64,000 bases of DNA from an uncultured Gemmatimonadales bacterium (lineage in GTDB: Bacteria; Gemmatimonadota; Gemmatimonadetes; Gemmatimonadales; GWC2-71-9). The position numbers were made by a program, and so were the translations under genes. Where the stretch lies: the NCBI GenBank assembly GCA_963828735.1, contig CAWHFW010000005.1:896001-960000 (forward strand). Reading direction: 5' to 3'. Positions 9,362 to 20,255 of the stretch are shown in pieces; position 1 is the stretch's first letter, and every line of letters begins with the position of its first letter. Under the pieces are notes generated by a model, which worked only from the letters and a program-made list of their open reading frames with translations, had not been told where the DNA came from and made no database searches.

Positions 9362-10206
9362 TGCGCGGGCTTCTGCTCTCCGCGCTGGCGCTCGCACTCG
9401 GGGCGTCCGGTGCCGCCGCGCAGGTCATGCGGCCGTTCAGCACCTACCGTCAGTGGCACGGGGAGACGAGCACCGCGGCCCGCTTCGAGTTCGCGGCCGG
9501 CGCGCTCCGGCTCGCCGCCGGGCGGCCGAACGAGCTGTACCGGATGGACGTGCTGTACGACGACGAGCGCTATCAGCCCGTGAGCGACTTCGACGCGGCG
9601 CGCGGCAACGTCGTGCTCGGCCTGCGCGCGGCTGGGAACGGCGGGCTTCGCGTCGTCTCCAAGAGCCAGCTTCGTCAGACCGCCTCGGTGACTTTCTCTC
9701 CCCGGAGCGACCTCTCGCTCGGGGTGGCGCTCGGCGCGGTGGACGGGGACCTCGAGCTCGGCGGCCTCAGGCTCACCGCGTTCGACCTGGAGGCGGGCGC
9801 GAGCCGCGCGACCGTCCGGTTTTCACAGCCCAACGCGGCGCGGTGTCGCGAGGCCACGCTGAGCGCCGGAGCGGCGGAGCTCACGGTGCTCGGACTCGGC
9901 AACAGCCGGTGCGAGCGGATCGCGTTCGAGGGCGGCGTGGGCCGGGTGACGTTGGATTTCGGCGGGGCCTGGACCACGAGCTCGGCCGTGACGGTAAAGA
10001 TGGCCCTCGGCGAGGTGGCGCTCCGACTGCCGCGGGAGGTGGGCGTCCGGCTCACGCTCGACAAGTTCCTGGCCACGTTCGAGCCCCAGGGCTTCGTCCG
10101 GCGAGGCAACAGCTATCTGTCGCCCGGCTACGACCAGGCGACGCGGCACCTGGACATCGACATCACGACGGCCGTCGGAGGCGTGACGGTCGACTGGCTG
10201 GATTGA
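9361..10206 (+). CDS. Secreted beta-solenoid protein (LiaF/DUF2154/toast-rack-like)
   Basis: Signal peptide; repeated x-GAG/GAV/GVG/ALG-x-x-x-L units; ends LDIDITTAVGGVTV. Confidence 0.6.
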   Translation: MRGLLLSALALALGASGAAAQVMRPFSTYRQWHGETSTAARFEFAAGALRLAAGRPNELYRMDVLYDDERYQPVSDFDAARGNVVLGLRAAGNGGLRVVSKSQLRQTASVTFSPRSDLSLGVALGAVDGDLELGGLRLTAFDLEAGASRATVRFSQPNAARCREATLSAGAAELTVLGLGNSRCERIAFEGGVGRVTLDFGGAWTTSSAVTVKMALGEVALRLPREVGVRLTLDKFLATFEPQGFVRRGNSYLSPGYDQATRHLDIDITTAVGGVTVDWLD

Positions 10207-10251
10207 TCGCGCGCCCTATCGCCGGGCCGTCTCCCCGCTAGCTTCCCCTGC

Positions 10252-10869
10252 ATGTCTCCTCTCGAGACCCTCGGCTTCGCCCTCGGGACCTCGTTCGCTT
10301 CCGGCCTCAATCTGTATGCGACCGTCGCGGCGGTGGGCCTCTTCGAGCGGCTCGGCATCGTGCAGCTGCCGCAGCAGCTGCATGTGCTGTCGCACCCGGT
10401 GGTGCTCGGGGTGGCGGTCGCGCTGTTCGTGGTCGAGTTCGTCGCCGACAAGATCCCGTACGTGGACAGCGTGTGGGACGCGGTGCACACCTTCATCCGG
10501 CCACCCGCCGCCGCCTTCCTCTCCTACAGCGCGTTCGCGAGCGGCGTCCCCGAGCAGTGGAAGATCGGGGCCGCCCTCCTCGCCGGCAGCGTCGCGCTCA
10601 CCTCGCACGGCGCGAAGTCCACGGCCCGCGCGGCCGCCAATGTGAGTCCGGAACCGGTGAGCAACTGGACGCTGAGCTTCGCGGAGGACTCGATTGCCGT
10701 GTTCCTCTCGTGGATGGCGGCGACTCATCCGATCCTCACGGCGGGCATCGTCGTGGCGCTCGTGATCCTGGCGCTCCTCCTGATGTGGCGGCTGTTCCGG
10801 TTCGTGAAGCAGGTGGTGACCCGGCTCGGTCGCCGGCCCGGCGAGGCGGCGGCGCCGACGACGCAGTAG
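10252..10869 (+). CDS. DUF4126-family membrane protein
   Basis: ASGLNLYATV, EFVADKIPYVDSVWDAVHTFIR, SPEPVSN...SFAED. Confidence 0.85.
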   Translation: MSPLETLGFALGTSFASGLNLYATVAAVGLFERLGIVQLPQQLHVLSHPVVLGVAVALFVVEFVADKIPYVDSVWDAVHTFIRPPAAAFLSYSAFASGVPEQWKIGAALLAGSVALTSHGAKSTARAAANVSPEPVSNWTLSFAEDSIAVFLSWMAATHPILTAGIVVALVILALLLMWRLFRFVKQVVTRLGRRPGEAAAPTTQ

Positions 10870-10895
10870 CGACGCGCCGGCACCGTCGGCCGAAT

Positions 10896-11654
10896 CTATC
10901 CCAGCCTCGCCCGAATCCTCCCTCCCACTCCGAGCCCCAGCCGACGCGCCGCCGAGCCGTCCCGCACGGCAATCTCCACCGCGCCCCCCGATCCCACGTA
11001 CGCGAGCAACCCGCCCGCGGGCACGTCGCCGAACGTGCGCCGGAGCGGGCCGATCTCCAGCCCCTCCACCTCGAGCACCGCATACGGGGGCACGACATCG
11101 GTCGTCAGGTTGGTCACCAGCGTGCCGAACCGGTCCACGTAGACGATCTGCCCGATCACGGATTTGCCCTCGTAGTGCGGCTCGTCGTGGGTGAGCCGGA
11201 CGGGGATCGTGGTCAACGGCTCACCGAGCATGTGGAGCGGTGCTCCGCAGGCAAGGGCGGCCGCGGCCGGGGCGAAGAGGTCGCGGCCGTGAAAGGTGGG
11301 CGCCGCGTCACCTGGAACGGGAAGCACGACGGCCTCGACTTCCGTGTCGCGAAGCACGCTCGTGAGCAGGCCGTTGTCCGGTCCGACGAACCAGTGGCCA
11401 TGGGCCCGGAAGGCGAGCGCCGCGCGCGCGGTACCGACGCCGGGGTCGACGACGGCGAGATGGACGGTATCGCGGGGAAACCGGGACCACGCGCGCCCGA
11501 TCAGGTACGCGCCGGCCCGTATGTCGCCCGGCGGCACCGCGTGGGTCACGTCCACGAGGACTGCCGACGGACAGCGGCCGAGCAGCACGCCTTTCATCTC
11601 CGCCACGTAGGAGTCCGACGTGCCGAAGTCGCTGAGCAGGGTGATGAGCGGCAT
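10896..11654 (-). CDS. SAM hydroxide adenosyltransferase / chlorinase-fluorinase family (DUF62)
   Basis: ITLLSDFG, VVDPGVGT, GPDNG, TFHGRDLFAP, YVDRFG. Confidence 0.9.
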   Translation of the reverse strand: MPLITLLSDFGTSDSYVAEMKGVLLGRCPSAVLVDVTHAVPPGDIRAGAYLIGRAWSRFPRDTVHLAVVDPGVGTARAALAFRAHGHWFVGPDNGLLTSVLRDTEVEAVVLPVPGDAAPTFHGRDLFAPAAAALACGAPLHMLGEPLTTIPVRLTHDEPHYEGKSVIGQIVYVDRFGTLVTNLTTDVVPPYAVLEVEGLEIGPLRRTFGDVPAGGLLAYVGSGGAVEIAVRDGSAARRLGLGVGGRIRARLG

Positions 11655-11668
11655 GCCCAAACCTAACG

Positions 11669-13105
11669 TCACGCCCGCGCCTTCTCCCACGCGCCCCACT
11701 GCCACAATGCAGTCATCGCGCCGGCGCGGGCCATTGCGGTGACCGCGAGCATCCACCAGATGCCGACCAGGCCGAAGCTCGCCGACACGATCTCCGCCAG
11801 TGGCACCCGCAAGGCGCTGATGCAGACCACCGCGATCATCGTGTAGAACGTGTAGCCCGCGCCCGTGAGGCCGCCCTCGAGCACGTTCTCGTAGGCCATG
11901 ACGACCTGAGCCACGCCAACGGCGCGGAGGTAGAGCGAGGCATCGCGGATGACGGCCGGGTCGGTAGTGAACACGCCAACCAGAGCGCCTGGCGCGAGCA
12001 GGAACAGGATCGCGAGCAGGCACGGCCCCACCGAGGCGATCCGGGCCGTCAACCACCCCGCCTCCCGCGCCCGCGCGGGCTGACCCGCGCCAAGGTTCTG
12101 CCCCACGATCGTCTCGGCGGCCAGTCCGAAGCCGATGCAGATCATGTAGCTCACGCCCTCGATCTTGTGGCCCACGCCGAGGGCCGCGATCGCCGGGGTG
12201 CCGAACCGCCCGACCACCCGCACGAGCAGCATGTAGATCACGCTGAAGAGCACGCCCGTGAGCATTGTCGGCAATCCGACCCGCACGATCGTGCGCGCCA
12301 CGGGAGCGCTCCAGCCCAGCCGGAGCCCTCCCCGCCGCCGCAGCAGCTCGAAGCCGACGATGAATCCCAGGCCTCGGGTGAGTACCGTCGCCAGGGCGGC
12401 GCCGTAAACGCCCAGCGCGGGGAACGGGCCCCAGCCAAGAATCATCAGCGGATCGAGCACGAGATTGAGGAGCACGGAGGCCCCGAGCAGAACGAACGGC
12501 GTCCGCGTGTCGCCGCCGCTCCGGAACGCCGCGGTAACCACGTAGTATCCGTAGATGAGCACGGCACCGGCGAGCTGCACGACCAGGAACTCGCGTGCGA
12601 GCTCGGCCACGCGTCCCTCGGCGCCCATCACCCGGAAGATCGCAGGCAGGCTCGCCACGCCGCCGACGGCTACCAGAATGCCGAGGCCGCTCGCGAGCAG
12701 CAGCGCCGTGCCCGCGGCACGAGCGGCGCTCTCCGGATCACCTTCCCCGTGGCGGCGCGACGCCACCGCGGTGAGGCCGACGCCCACGAGCTCGCCGATG
12801 GACACGATCACCCAGACGGTGTAGCTCGCGAGCGAGACCGCCGCGAGCGCCTCCGCGCCGAGGGTGCGCCCGACCCAGAAGGTGTCGGTGATGTTGAACA
12901 GGACCTGGAACAGGGTCGTGCCGACGGCGGGAAGCGCGAGCCGGAGGATCGCCGGGCGAAGGGGACCCTCGATGATACCGGTGGCGTCCACGCGCGGCGG
13001 AGGCAGCGCGGGGCCGGCGTCGTGCTGGTCGGCGTACAGACCGGCAGGTGGGACGGTGGGATCGGACGCCGCGCTCTCGAGGCGTCTCGTTGAGCCCTCG
13101 GTCAA
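11669..13105 (-). CDS. MATE-family efflux transporter
   Basis: NITDTFWVG, GDTRTP, NLVLDP, GVYGAALAT, VGQNLGAG; about 12 TM. Confidence 0.9.
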   Translation of the reverse strand: MTEGSTRRLESAASDPTVPPAGLYADQHDAGPALPPPRVDATGIIEGPLRPAILRLALPAVGTTLFQVLFNITDTFWVGRTLGAEALAAVSLASYTVWVIVSIGELVGVGLTAVASRRHGEGDPESAARAAGTALLLASGLGILVAVGGVASLPAIFRVMGAEGRVAELAREFLVVQLAGAVLIYGYYVVTAAFRSGGDTRTPFVLLGASVLLNLVLDPLMILGWGPFPALGVYGAALATVLTRGLGFIVGFELLRRRGGLRLGWSAPVARTIVRVGLPTMLTGVLFSVIYMLLVRVVGRFGTPAIAALGVGHKIEGVSYMICIGFGLAAETIVGQNLGAGQPARAREAGWLTARIASVGPCLLAILFLLAPGALVGVFTTDPAVIRDASLYLRAVGVAQVVMAYENVLEGGLTGAGYTFYTMIAVVCISALRVPLAEIVSASFGLVGIWWMLAVTAMARAGAMTALWQWGAWEKARA

Positions 13106-14212
13106 CTAATTCCGAAGGATGGGGAGCGCGGCGCTTTGGCCGACGGTCTTCCGGCGGAGGTCGGCCGCGATCCGGCGGAGGCTTTCCGCGGCGGGGCTGT
13201 TCGGGTTGGCGATCAGCACCGGCTGGCCGGCGTCGGCCTGCTCGGCCAGGTGGGGCTGGAGCGGGATCGTGCCGAGCATGGGGACACCGATCTCCTCGGC
13301 CAGGCGTTGTCCGCCCCCGGAGGAGAACAGCTCGAAGCGCCGGCCGGTCTCGGGATCGGTGAACGCGCTCATGTTCTCCACGACCCCGATCACCGGGACG
13401 CCCACCCGCTCGAACATCCGGGCGCCGCGCAGCGCATCGCCGACGGCCATTTCCTGCGGCGTCGTCACGATCACCGCGCCCGAGACCTGGGTAGCCTGCA
13501 CCAGTGAGAGCTGCGCATCCCCGGTGCCCGGTGGCAGGTCCACGATGAAGTAGTCGAGCTCTCCCCAATTCACGTCACGGAGAAACTGGGTGACGATCTT
13601 CATGATGATCGGGCCGCGCCAGATGGCCGGCGCATCGCGCTCGACCAGGAAGCCGAGGGACATCAGCTTCACGCCATGGGCCTCGAGCGGCTGGATCTTG
13701 CCGCCGACCACCGGCGGCTTCTCGAAGACGCCGAACATACGCGGGACGTTGGGGCCGTAGATGTCGGCATCCATCAGACCCACGCGCGCGCCATCCTGGA
13801 CCAGGGCGACCGCGACGTTCACCGCGACGGTGGACTTGCCGACGCCGCCCTTCCCCGACGACACCGCGAGGATCCGGCCCAGGTTCGGCTGCGCGGCGGG
13901 CATCGGCGCGCCGGCCGGCGGGCCGGCATCGGACGGTGGGGCGTGCGTGGTGCGCGCGGGGCCGGCTGGATTGGTGACGGTGATCTTGATGTCGTCGCGG
14001 CGCACGCCGTCGACACCCTGGACGGCGGTGCGCGCCTGGCGGACCAGGGTGGCCGGATCCTCGGGGGCGAGCAGGAACGTGAAGCTCACGCCGCCCTGAT
14101 CGGTCACGGACAGATCGCGGATCATGCCCGCCGAGAGCAGGTCGTTGTCGAGCCGCGGATTCTGGATGGCGGCGAGGGCGGCGACGACCCGCGCCTCGAG
14201 CGCGTCGCCCAC
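13106..14212 (-). CDS. mrp: Mrp/ApbC/NBP35 P-loop ATPase (Fe-S carrier family), cysteine-free
   Basis: SGKGGVGKST, DADIYGP, WRGP, DLPPGTGD, TTPQ, ENMS; GTG start overlaps nifU stop. Confidence 0.93.
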   Translation of the reverse strand: MGDALEARVVAALAAIQNPRLDNDLLSAGMIRDLSVTDQGGVSFTFLLAPEDPATLVRQARTAVQGVDGVRRDDIKITVTNPAGPARTTHAPPSDAGPPAGAPMPAAQPNLGRILAVSSGKGGVGKSTVAVNVAVALVQDGARVGLMDADIYGPNVPRMFGVFEKPPVVGGKIQPLEAHGVKLMSLGFLVERDAPAIWRGPIIMKIVTQFLRDVNWGELDYFIVDLPPGTGDAQLSLVQATQVSGAVIVTTPQEMAVGDALRGARMFERVGVPVIGVVENMSAFTDPETGRRFELFSSGGGQRLAEEIGVPMLGTIPLQPHLAEQADAGQPVLIANPNSPAAESLRRIAADLRRKTVGQSAALPILRN

Positions 14213-14442
14213 TACACGGCCTCCACGTGCTTCACCTCGGGGACCGCCTCCCGAAGGCGAAGCTCGATGCCCTGCTTGAGCGTGACGGCGGACGCCGCGC
14301 AGCCGTGGCACGTGCCGCCGAGCCGCAGCAGGAGCGTGCCGTCCTGCTCGTCGAAGTCCACGACCTCCACCTGGCCGCGGTGCGACGCGATGTAGGGCCG
14401 TAACGTGTCGAGAGTCTTTTCGATGCGGTCGATGGTATCCAT
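14212..14442 (-). CDS. NifU C-terminal-domain (Nfu) protein
   Basis: LRPYIASHRG, LGGTCHGC, TLKQGIE. Confidence 0.9.
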   Translation of the reverse strand: MDTIDRIEKTLDTLRPYIASHRGQVEVVDFDEQDGTLLLRLGGTCHGCAASAVTLKQGIELRLREAVPEVKHVEAV

Positions 14443-14502
14443 GGGCCCCGGGCGGCAATTCCTACTAGGTCGTTCGGCAATATAGGGGGAGACAGGAGTC
14501 GG

Positions 14503-15543
14503 TCAACGGGCCGAGCGATGGGCCCGCCGCCCGTTCTCCGCCAGGAAGGCGCGCGCCGCCGTGAGCACGGTGGACTGGACCTCAGCCAGCGAGCCCGGCA
14601 ACGCCAGCCCGGCGGCCTTCGTGTGGCCGCCGCCGCCGAATCGTTTGGAGAACGCGGCCACGTCCACGTCCCCGACGGACCGGAGCGATACCTTCACGCG
14701 GCCCTGGCTCACCTCGCGAAAGAGGAGCGCCATGCGGACGCCCTCGATCGACCGGGGGAATTCCACCACGCCCTCGAGATCGTCGGACGAGACGCCCAGG
14801 CGCTCGATGGCGCCGGGGGGCACCGTCACCCACGCGAGCCCGCACTCGGGCTCGACGACGAGCGTCTGCAGCGCTTCCGCGAACAACCGCGGCCGGCCTT
14901 CGGGCGCGCGAGCGTAGACCTCGAGGTAGATCTGCTCGGGATCCACCCCGACCTCGAGCAGCTCCGCGGCGACTCGCAGGGTGCGCGGCCGGGTGTTGCT
15001 GAACCGGAACCCGCCAGTGTCGGTCAGGATCGCGACGTAGAGCCCGCGCGCCGCCTCCTGGGTGAGCGTCCATCCGTTGGCGACGGCCAGTTCGAAGACG
15101 AGCTCGCCGGTCGCCGCCGCGTCCGGATCCAGATAGCGCGGTCCGGCCGGCAAGAGGCCCTCGCTCACGTGGTGGTCCACGCAGGCGACGGGGACGCCGC
15201 GGGCGCGGACGGTCTCGCTCAGCATGCCCAGGCGTCCGAGGTCGGAGATGTCCAGGACGACGATCGTGTCCGCCCGCCGCAGCTCGCGAATCGCTTCGGC
15301 GGTACGATCGACTCCGGGAAGATCCTCGAACAGAAACTCGAAGCGAGCTGGCGTCGGAGTGGGATTCGTGATCACCGCGTCGATGCCGCGGTCGCGCAGG
15401 AGGTGGGCGAGGCCCGCCTCGCTGCCGAGGCCGTCGCCGTCCGGGTTGACGTGCGTGGTGAGGCAGACCCGCTGCCCGGGCACCAGGGCCGCGGCGAGGG
15501 ACCGCGCCATCGCAGTCCGGTCGGGGGCGAGGATGAACGACAT
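14503..15543 (-). CDS. nrnA: DHH/DHHA1 phosphoesterase (NrnA-like nanoRNase/pAp phosphatase)
   Basis: HVNPDGD, DHH, TDTGGFRF, SLRS, GGGHTKAAG. Confidence 0.9.
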   Translation of the reverse strand: MSFILAPDRTAMARSLAAALVPGQRVCLTTHVNPDGDGLGSEAGLAHLLRDRGIDAVITNPTPTPARFEFLFEDLPGVDRTAEAIRELRRADTIVVLDISDLGRLGMLSETVRARGVPVACVDHHVSEGLLPAGPRYLDPDAAATGELVFELAVANGWTLTQEAARGLYVAILTDTGGFRFSNTRPRTLRVAAELLEVGVDPEQIYLEVYARAPEGRPRLFAEALQTLVVEPECGLAWVTVPPGAIERLGVSSDDLEGVVEFPRSIEGVRMALLFREVSQGRVKVSLRSVGDVDVAAFSKRFGGGGHTKAAGLALPGSLAEVQSTVLTAARAFLAENGRRAHRSAR

Positions 15544-15581
15544 GGCGGGAAGTTAACAGGGAGGAGAGAGCCGTGAAGACG

Positions 15582-15607
15582 GAACGGGGCGCCGAGGCGC
15601 CCCGTTC
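15582..15607 (-). terminator. GC-rich hairpin after the permease genes (terminator-like)
   Basis: GAACGGGGCGC-cgag-GCGCCCCGTTC, perfect 11-bp stem; weak U tract. Confidence 0.5.
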
Positions 15608-15639
15608 GATCCCGATCTTCGTGCCTTCCCCGCCGCGCG

Positions 15640-17118
15640 CTAGCGAGCCATCTGCACCTTCGAATGCCGCCGCCCGTACAGGAAGTAGATCGCCAGCCCG
15701 ATGGCCATCCAGATGATGAGCCGCGCCCATGTGTCCACCGGCAGACCAGCCATGAGGTAGAAGCACGCGAGGATGCCGGCCACCGGAACGAAGGGAACGA
15801 GCGGCGTCCGGAACGGACGGGGTCGCTCGGGCTCGGTGTAGCGGAGCACGAGGACGCCGGCGCAGACGATCGCGAAGGCGAGCAGCGTGCCGATGGAGAC
15901 GAGCTCGCCCAGCAGCCCGATCGGGAGCAGCCCGGCGAAGATCATCGCCGCGACGCCCGTGACCATGCTCGCCAGATACGGCGTCCGGAACTTCGGATGG
16001 ACCTTGCTGAACACGGGAGGCAGCAGGCCGTCTTTCGACATCGTGTAGAAGATGCGGGGCTGGCCGAGGAGCATGACGAGAATCACGGAGCTCAGGCCGG
16101 CGATCGCGCCGATCTTCACGATGGGCCGGAGCCACGCGAGACCCGGGCCCGCCGCGTTGATGCCGACCGCGATCGGGTCGGGGACGTTGAGCTGGGTGTA
16201 CTTGACGATGCCCGTGAGCACGAGCGCCACCGCGATGTAGAGCACGGTGCAGATGGCGAGCGAGCCGAGGATGCCGATCGGCATGTCGCGTTGCGGATTC
16301 TTGGTCTCCTGCGCCGCGGTCGAGACCGCGTCGAATCCGATGTAGGCGAAGAAGATCACACCGGCGCCGCGCACGACCCCATCCCAGCCGTACTTGCCCG
16401 GGCCGGTCGCCGCGGGGATGAAGGGCTCCCAGTTCTCCCGGTTGATGTAGGCGATGCCGCAACCGATGAAGAGGAAGACGACCGTCAGCTTGATGATGAC
16501 GATCAGGTTGTTGAAGCTGGCCGACTCCGAGATGCCGATGATCAGCAGGATGGTGATCAACGCGACGATGATCATCGCCGGCACGTTGAGCACGGCCCCC
16601 GTGCTCGACCATCCCTCGGTGAACAACCGCCACACGTTGAGGCCGGCGTCGGGCGGCGCCGTGTGGACGTACGGCGCGGACGTGTACTGCGGCGGGATGT
16701 TGATCCCGATGTCCTTGAGGAACGAGACCACGTATCCCGACCAGCCCACCGCGACGGTCGACGCGGCGAAGAGGTACTCGAGGATGAGGTCCCACCCAAT
16801 GATCCACGCGAGGAGCTCGCCCAGCGTGGCGTAGCCGTACGTGTAGGCCGAGCCGGCGATCGGGATCATCGCCGAGAACTCGGCATAGCACAGGCCGGCC
16901 AGTGCGCAGGCGGTGCCCGCGAGGATGAAGGAGTAGACGATGGCCGGGCCGGCATAGTTCGCCGCCGCCTGCCCCGTGAGCACGAAGATGCCAGCGCCGA
17001 TGATGGCGCCGATGCCGAGCGCCACGAGGTTCACGGGGCCCAGCGCCCGCTTGAGGCTTTGATCGGACCCGACCTCGGCCTGCAGCGCGGAGATGTCCTT
17101 GCGGGCAAAAAGGCTCAT
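15640..17118 (-). CDS. APC-family amino-acid permease (CAT-like)
   Basis: [39 protein letters not shown] overlaps upstream stop. Confidence 0.93.
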   Translation of the reverse strand: MSLFARKDISALQAEVGSDQSLKRALGPVNLVALGIGAIIGAGIFVLTGQAAANYAGPAIVYSFILAGTACALAGLCYAEFSAMIPIAGSAYTYGYATLGELLAWIIGWDLILEYLFAASTVAVGWSGYVVSFLKDIGINIPPQYTSAPYVHTAPPDAGLNVWRLFTEGWSSTGAVLNVPAMIIVALITILLIIGISESASFNNLIVIIKLTVVFLFIGCGIAYINRENWEPFIPAATGPGKYGWDGVVRGAGVIFFAYIGFDAVSTAAQETKNPQRDMPIGILGSLAICTVLYIAVALVLTGIVKYTQLNVPDPIAVGINAAGPGLAWLRPIVKIGAIAGLSSVILVMLLGQPRIFYTMSKDGLLPPVFSKVHPKFRTPYLASMVTGVAAMIFAGLLPIGLLGELVSIGTLLAFAIVCAGVLVLRYTEPERPRPFRTPLVPFVPVAGILACFYLMAGLPVDTWARLIIWMAIGLAIYFLYGRRHSKVQMAR

Positions 17119-18608
17119 GAGCGGCTCCGTTCCTGTTGCAGGACGCTGTGCTTCCGGCCGTAGCCGAAGTAGATCACGAACCCGATCACGAGCCAGACGA
17201 AGAGGCGGATCCAGGTGTCGGCCGGGAGCGTGGCCATCAGCCCGAGGCACGCCAGGATCCCGAGGATGGGGACCAGGGGCACCAGCGGCGTGCGGAAGGG
17301 CCGCTCCAGGTCGGGCCGCGTCTTGCGCAGGATCCACACGCCCGCGCACACGAGCACGAAGGCGAGCAACGTGCCGATGTTGACCAGCTCGCCGAGAATC
17401 TGGATCGGGAACGTGCCCGTGATGACCGCGACGATGATGCCGACGTAGATCGTCGAGAGGTACGGCGTCCGGAACCGGGGATGGACCTTGCCGGCCCACG
17501 GCCCGATGAGCCCGTCACGCGACATCGAGTAGAACACCCGGCTCTGGCCAAGTAGCATCACCAGCACCACCGACCCGAGCCCGAGGACGGCCCCGATGGT
17601 GATCAGGGGACGAAGCCAGCTCAGCTGCTTCACCTGCTCGACCGCATACGCCACCGGGTGCGGCACGTTGAGCTGGTCGTAGCGGACGAGGCCGGTGAGC
17701 GTGAGGGAGACGAGGATGTAGAGAATGGTGCAGACGACGAGCGAGCCGAGAATGCCGATGGGCATGTCCCGCTGCGGATTCCGGGCCTCCTGCGCCGCGG
17801 TGCTCACGGCATCGAAGCCGATGTACGCGAAGAAGATCAGACCGGCTCCGCGGAACACGCCGCTCCAGCCGAACTCGCCGAAGGTCCCCGTGTTGGGCGG
17901 AATGAACGGGTGCCAGTTGTCCGCGTTGACGTAGCGGGCCCCGAAGATGATGAACAGGAGCACCACCGCGATCTTGAGGATGACGATCAGGTTGTTGACC
18001 TTGGCCGATTCCTCGATGCCCACCACGAGGATCCAGGTGGCAAGGAGCACGATCACCATCGCCGGCAGGTTGAACAGCGTGCCGGTCTGGTTCCAGCCCA
18101 CGTGCGCGCAGGAGGCCACGGTGTTGGCCACGTCGGCCGCGCTGCAGAAGCGAAGGGGCGCCGAGGTGATCGCGGTCGGAAGATGCACGCCGAAGTAGTC
18201 GAGCATGCTCACGAAGTATCCCGACCAGCCGACGCCGACGGTCGCGGCGCCCATGGCGTACTCGAGCACCAGGTCCCACCCGATGATCCAGGCGACGAAT
18301 TCACCCATCGTGGCGTAGGAGTAGGTGTAGGCGCTTCCCGCCACGGGAACGGCGCTGGCCATCTCCGCGTAGCACAAGCCCGCGAGGCCGCAGGCGACCG
18401 CCGCCACCACGAACGAGAGCGGGACGGCGGGGCCCGCGTGCAAGGCGGCCGCGAGCCCCGTGAGCACGAAGATGCCCGCACCGATGATCGCGCCGATGCC
18501 AAGCATCGTCAGGTTCAGCGCCCCGAGGGTGCGTTTGAGAGACCGTTCGCCGGTCGCATCCGCCTCGGCGCGCAGCGCCGAGACGGACTTCGTCGCCCAC
18601 AAGCTCAT
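17115..18608 (-). CDS. APC-family amino-acid permease (CAT-like), tandem paralog
   Basis: Same motifs as 15640..17118. Confidence 0.93.
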   Translation of the reverse strand: MSLWATKSVSALRAEADATGERSLKRTLGALNLTMLGIGAIIGAGIFVLTGLAAALHAGPAVPLSFVVAAVACGLAGLCYAEMASAVPVAGSAYTYSYATMGEFVAWIIGWDLVLEYAMGAATVGVGWSGYFVSMLDYFGVHLPTAITSAPLRFCSAADVANTVASCAHVGWNQTGTLFNLPAMVIVLLATWILVVGIEESAKVNNLIVILKIAVVLLFIIFGARYVNADNWHPFIPPNTGTFGEFGWSGVFRGAGLIFFAYIGFDAVSTAAQEARNPQRDMPIGILGSLVVCTILYILVSLTLTGLVRYDQLNVPHPVAYAVEQVKQLSWLRPLITIGAVLGLGSVVLVMLLGQSRVFYSMSRDGLIGPWAGKVHPRFRTPYLSTIYVGIIVAVITGTFPIQILGELVNIGTLLAFVLVCAGVWILRKTRPDLERPFRTPLVPLVPILGILACLGLMATLPADTWIRLFVWLVIGFVIYFGYGRKHSVLQQERSRS

Positions 18609-18675
18609 AGACTGGTCCTCGAAGGATGGAGATGCGCCGCACCGGACGGGTGGCGCCGCCTGCGACCTGCGACTG

Positions 18676-18778
18676 CCGTCCTCCCGAGCGACGCGAGAGA
18701 TCCCGGCCGCGACGCGGGGATCCTGCTGCGCCGTTCCGAGCCCGGAGCGAACATCCCCCGCCGTGCTCGGGATGACGG
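18676..18778. repeat. REP-like palindromic element (CGTC-type ends)
   Basis: Terminal inverted repeats CCGTCCTCCCGAGC ... GCTCGGGATGACGG plus internal GATCCC-CGCG stem. Confidence 0.55.
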
Positions 18779-18797
18779 TGTGTGCGCGCCGACCTCG

Positions 18798-20255
18798 CTA
18801 CGCGCTGTAGTTCGGTGCTTCCCGCGTGATCGTCACGTCGTGCGGGTGCGACTCGCGCAGGCCCGCGGAGGTGATCTGAACCATCTCGACGTCGCACTGG
18901 AGCTGCTGCACGGAGGAGACGCCACAATAGCCCATGCCGCTACGGAGCCCGCCGACCATCTGATACAGCACGTCGGCCACGGGCCCCTTGTAGGGGACCC
19001 GCCCCTCGATGCCCTCGGGCACGAGCTTGGAAGGCGCCATCTCACCTTCCTGGAAGTAGCGGTCCGCGGACCCGTCCTGCATGGCGGAAAGGCTGCCCAT
19101 GCCACGGATCATCTTGAATCGGCGTCCTTCGGCGAGCACCGACTCACCGGGACTCTCCTCGGTGCCGGCGAGCATCGAGCCCATCATTACGGACGACGCT
19201 CCGGCCGCGAGCGCTTTCACCACATCGCCGGAATACTTGATGCCGCCGTCGGCGATGACGGGCACGTCGTCCGCCCCGCGGAGCGCGTCCATGATCGCGG
19301 TGACCTGCGGGACGCCCACGCCCGTGACGACGCGTGTGGTGCAGATGCTGCCCGGACCGATACCGACCTTCACCGCATCCACGCCCCGGCGAACCATCTC
19401 GCGCGCGCCGGCCTCGGTGGCCACGTTCCCCGCGATCAGCTGGGTATCGGGAAATCCCTCGCGCAGCTGGCTCACGGTGCGCAGGACCCCCTCGCTGTGC
19501 CCGTGTGCGGAGTCGATCACCAGCACGTCCACGCCCGCGTCAACCAGTCGGCGCGCGCGTTCGCTGGCATCCTGGCCACCGCCCACCGCCGCGGCCACCC
19601 GGAGGCGCCCGTGCTGGTCCTTGTTGGCGTTGGGATGCTCGCGCCGCTTGAAGATGTCCTTGACCGTGATGAGGCCCTTGAGGACGCCTTGAGCGTCCAC
19701 CACCGGCAACTTTTCGATCCGGTGTTTCGCCAGGATACGCTCGGCGTCGTCCAGGCTCGTGCCGACCGGCGCCGTAACCAGATTGTTCTTGGTCATGGCC
19801 TCACGGATCGGCTGCTCGAGATTCCGCTCGAACTGGAGATCGCGATTGGTGATGATCCCGATGAGGCGCCCCTGCCCGTCCACGATCGGCACCCCGGAGA
19901 TCTTGAACCGCCGCATCAGCTGATACGCCTCACGGAGCGGCCGGTCGGGTCCGAGCGTGATCGGGTTGAGGATCATGCCGCTCTCGCTCCGCTTCACCCG
20001 GTCCACCTCGGCGGCCTGCCGCTCGACCGTCATGTTCTTGTGGAGCACCCCGATGCCGCCGGCCCGGGCCATCGCGATGGCCATGTCGGCCTCGGTCACG
20101 GTATCCATGGCGGCGGAGACGAGCGGAATGTTGAGCGGGATCGTACGGGTAAGGCGGGTGTTGGTCGCTACTTCGCGCGGATGAACGGCCGAATACCTCG
20201 GCACGAGGAGGACGTCGTCGAAGGTGAGGCCGGGCTTCGGACGGATGACGCTCAT
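18798..20255 (-). CDS. guaB: IMP dehydrogenase with CBS pair
   Basis: [47 protein letters not shown]. Confidence 0.97.
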   Translation of the reverse strand: MSVIRPKPGLTFDDVLLVPRYSAVHPREVATNTRLTRTIPLNIPLVSAAMDTVTEADMAIAMARAGGIGVLHKNMTVERQAAEVDRVKRSESGMILNPITLGPDRPLREAYQLMRRFKISGVPIVDGQGRLIGIITNRDLQFERNLEQPIREAMTKNNLVTAPVGTSLDDAERILAKHRIEKLPVVDAQGVLKGLITVKDIFKRREHPNANKDQHGRLRVAAAVGGGQDASERARRLVDAGVDVLVIDSAHGHSEGVLRTVSQLREGFPDTQLIAGNVATEAGAREMVRRGVDAVKVGIGPGSICTTRVVTGVGVPQVTAIMDALRGADDVPVIADGGIKYSGDVVKALAAGASSVMMGSMLAGTEESPGESVLAEGRRFKMIRGMGSLSAMQDGSADRYFQEGEMAPSKLVPEGIEGRVPYKGPVADVLYQMVGGLRSGMGYCGVSSVQQLQCDVEMVQITSAGLRESHPHDVTITREAPNYSA

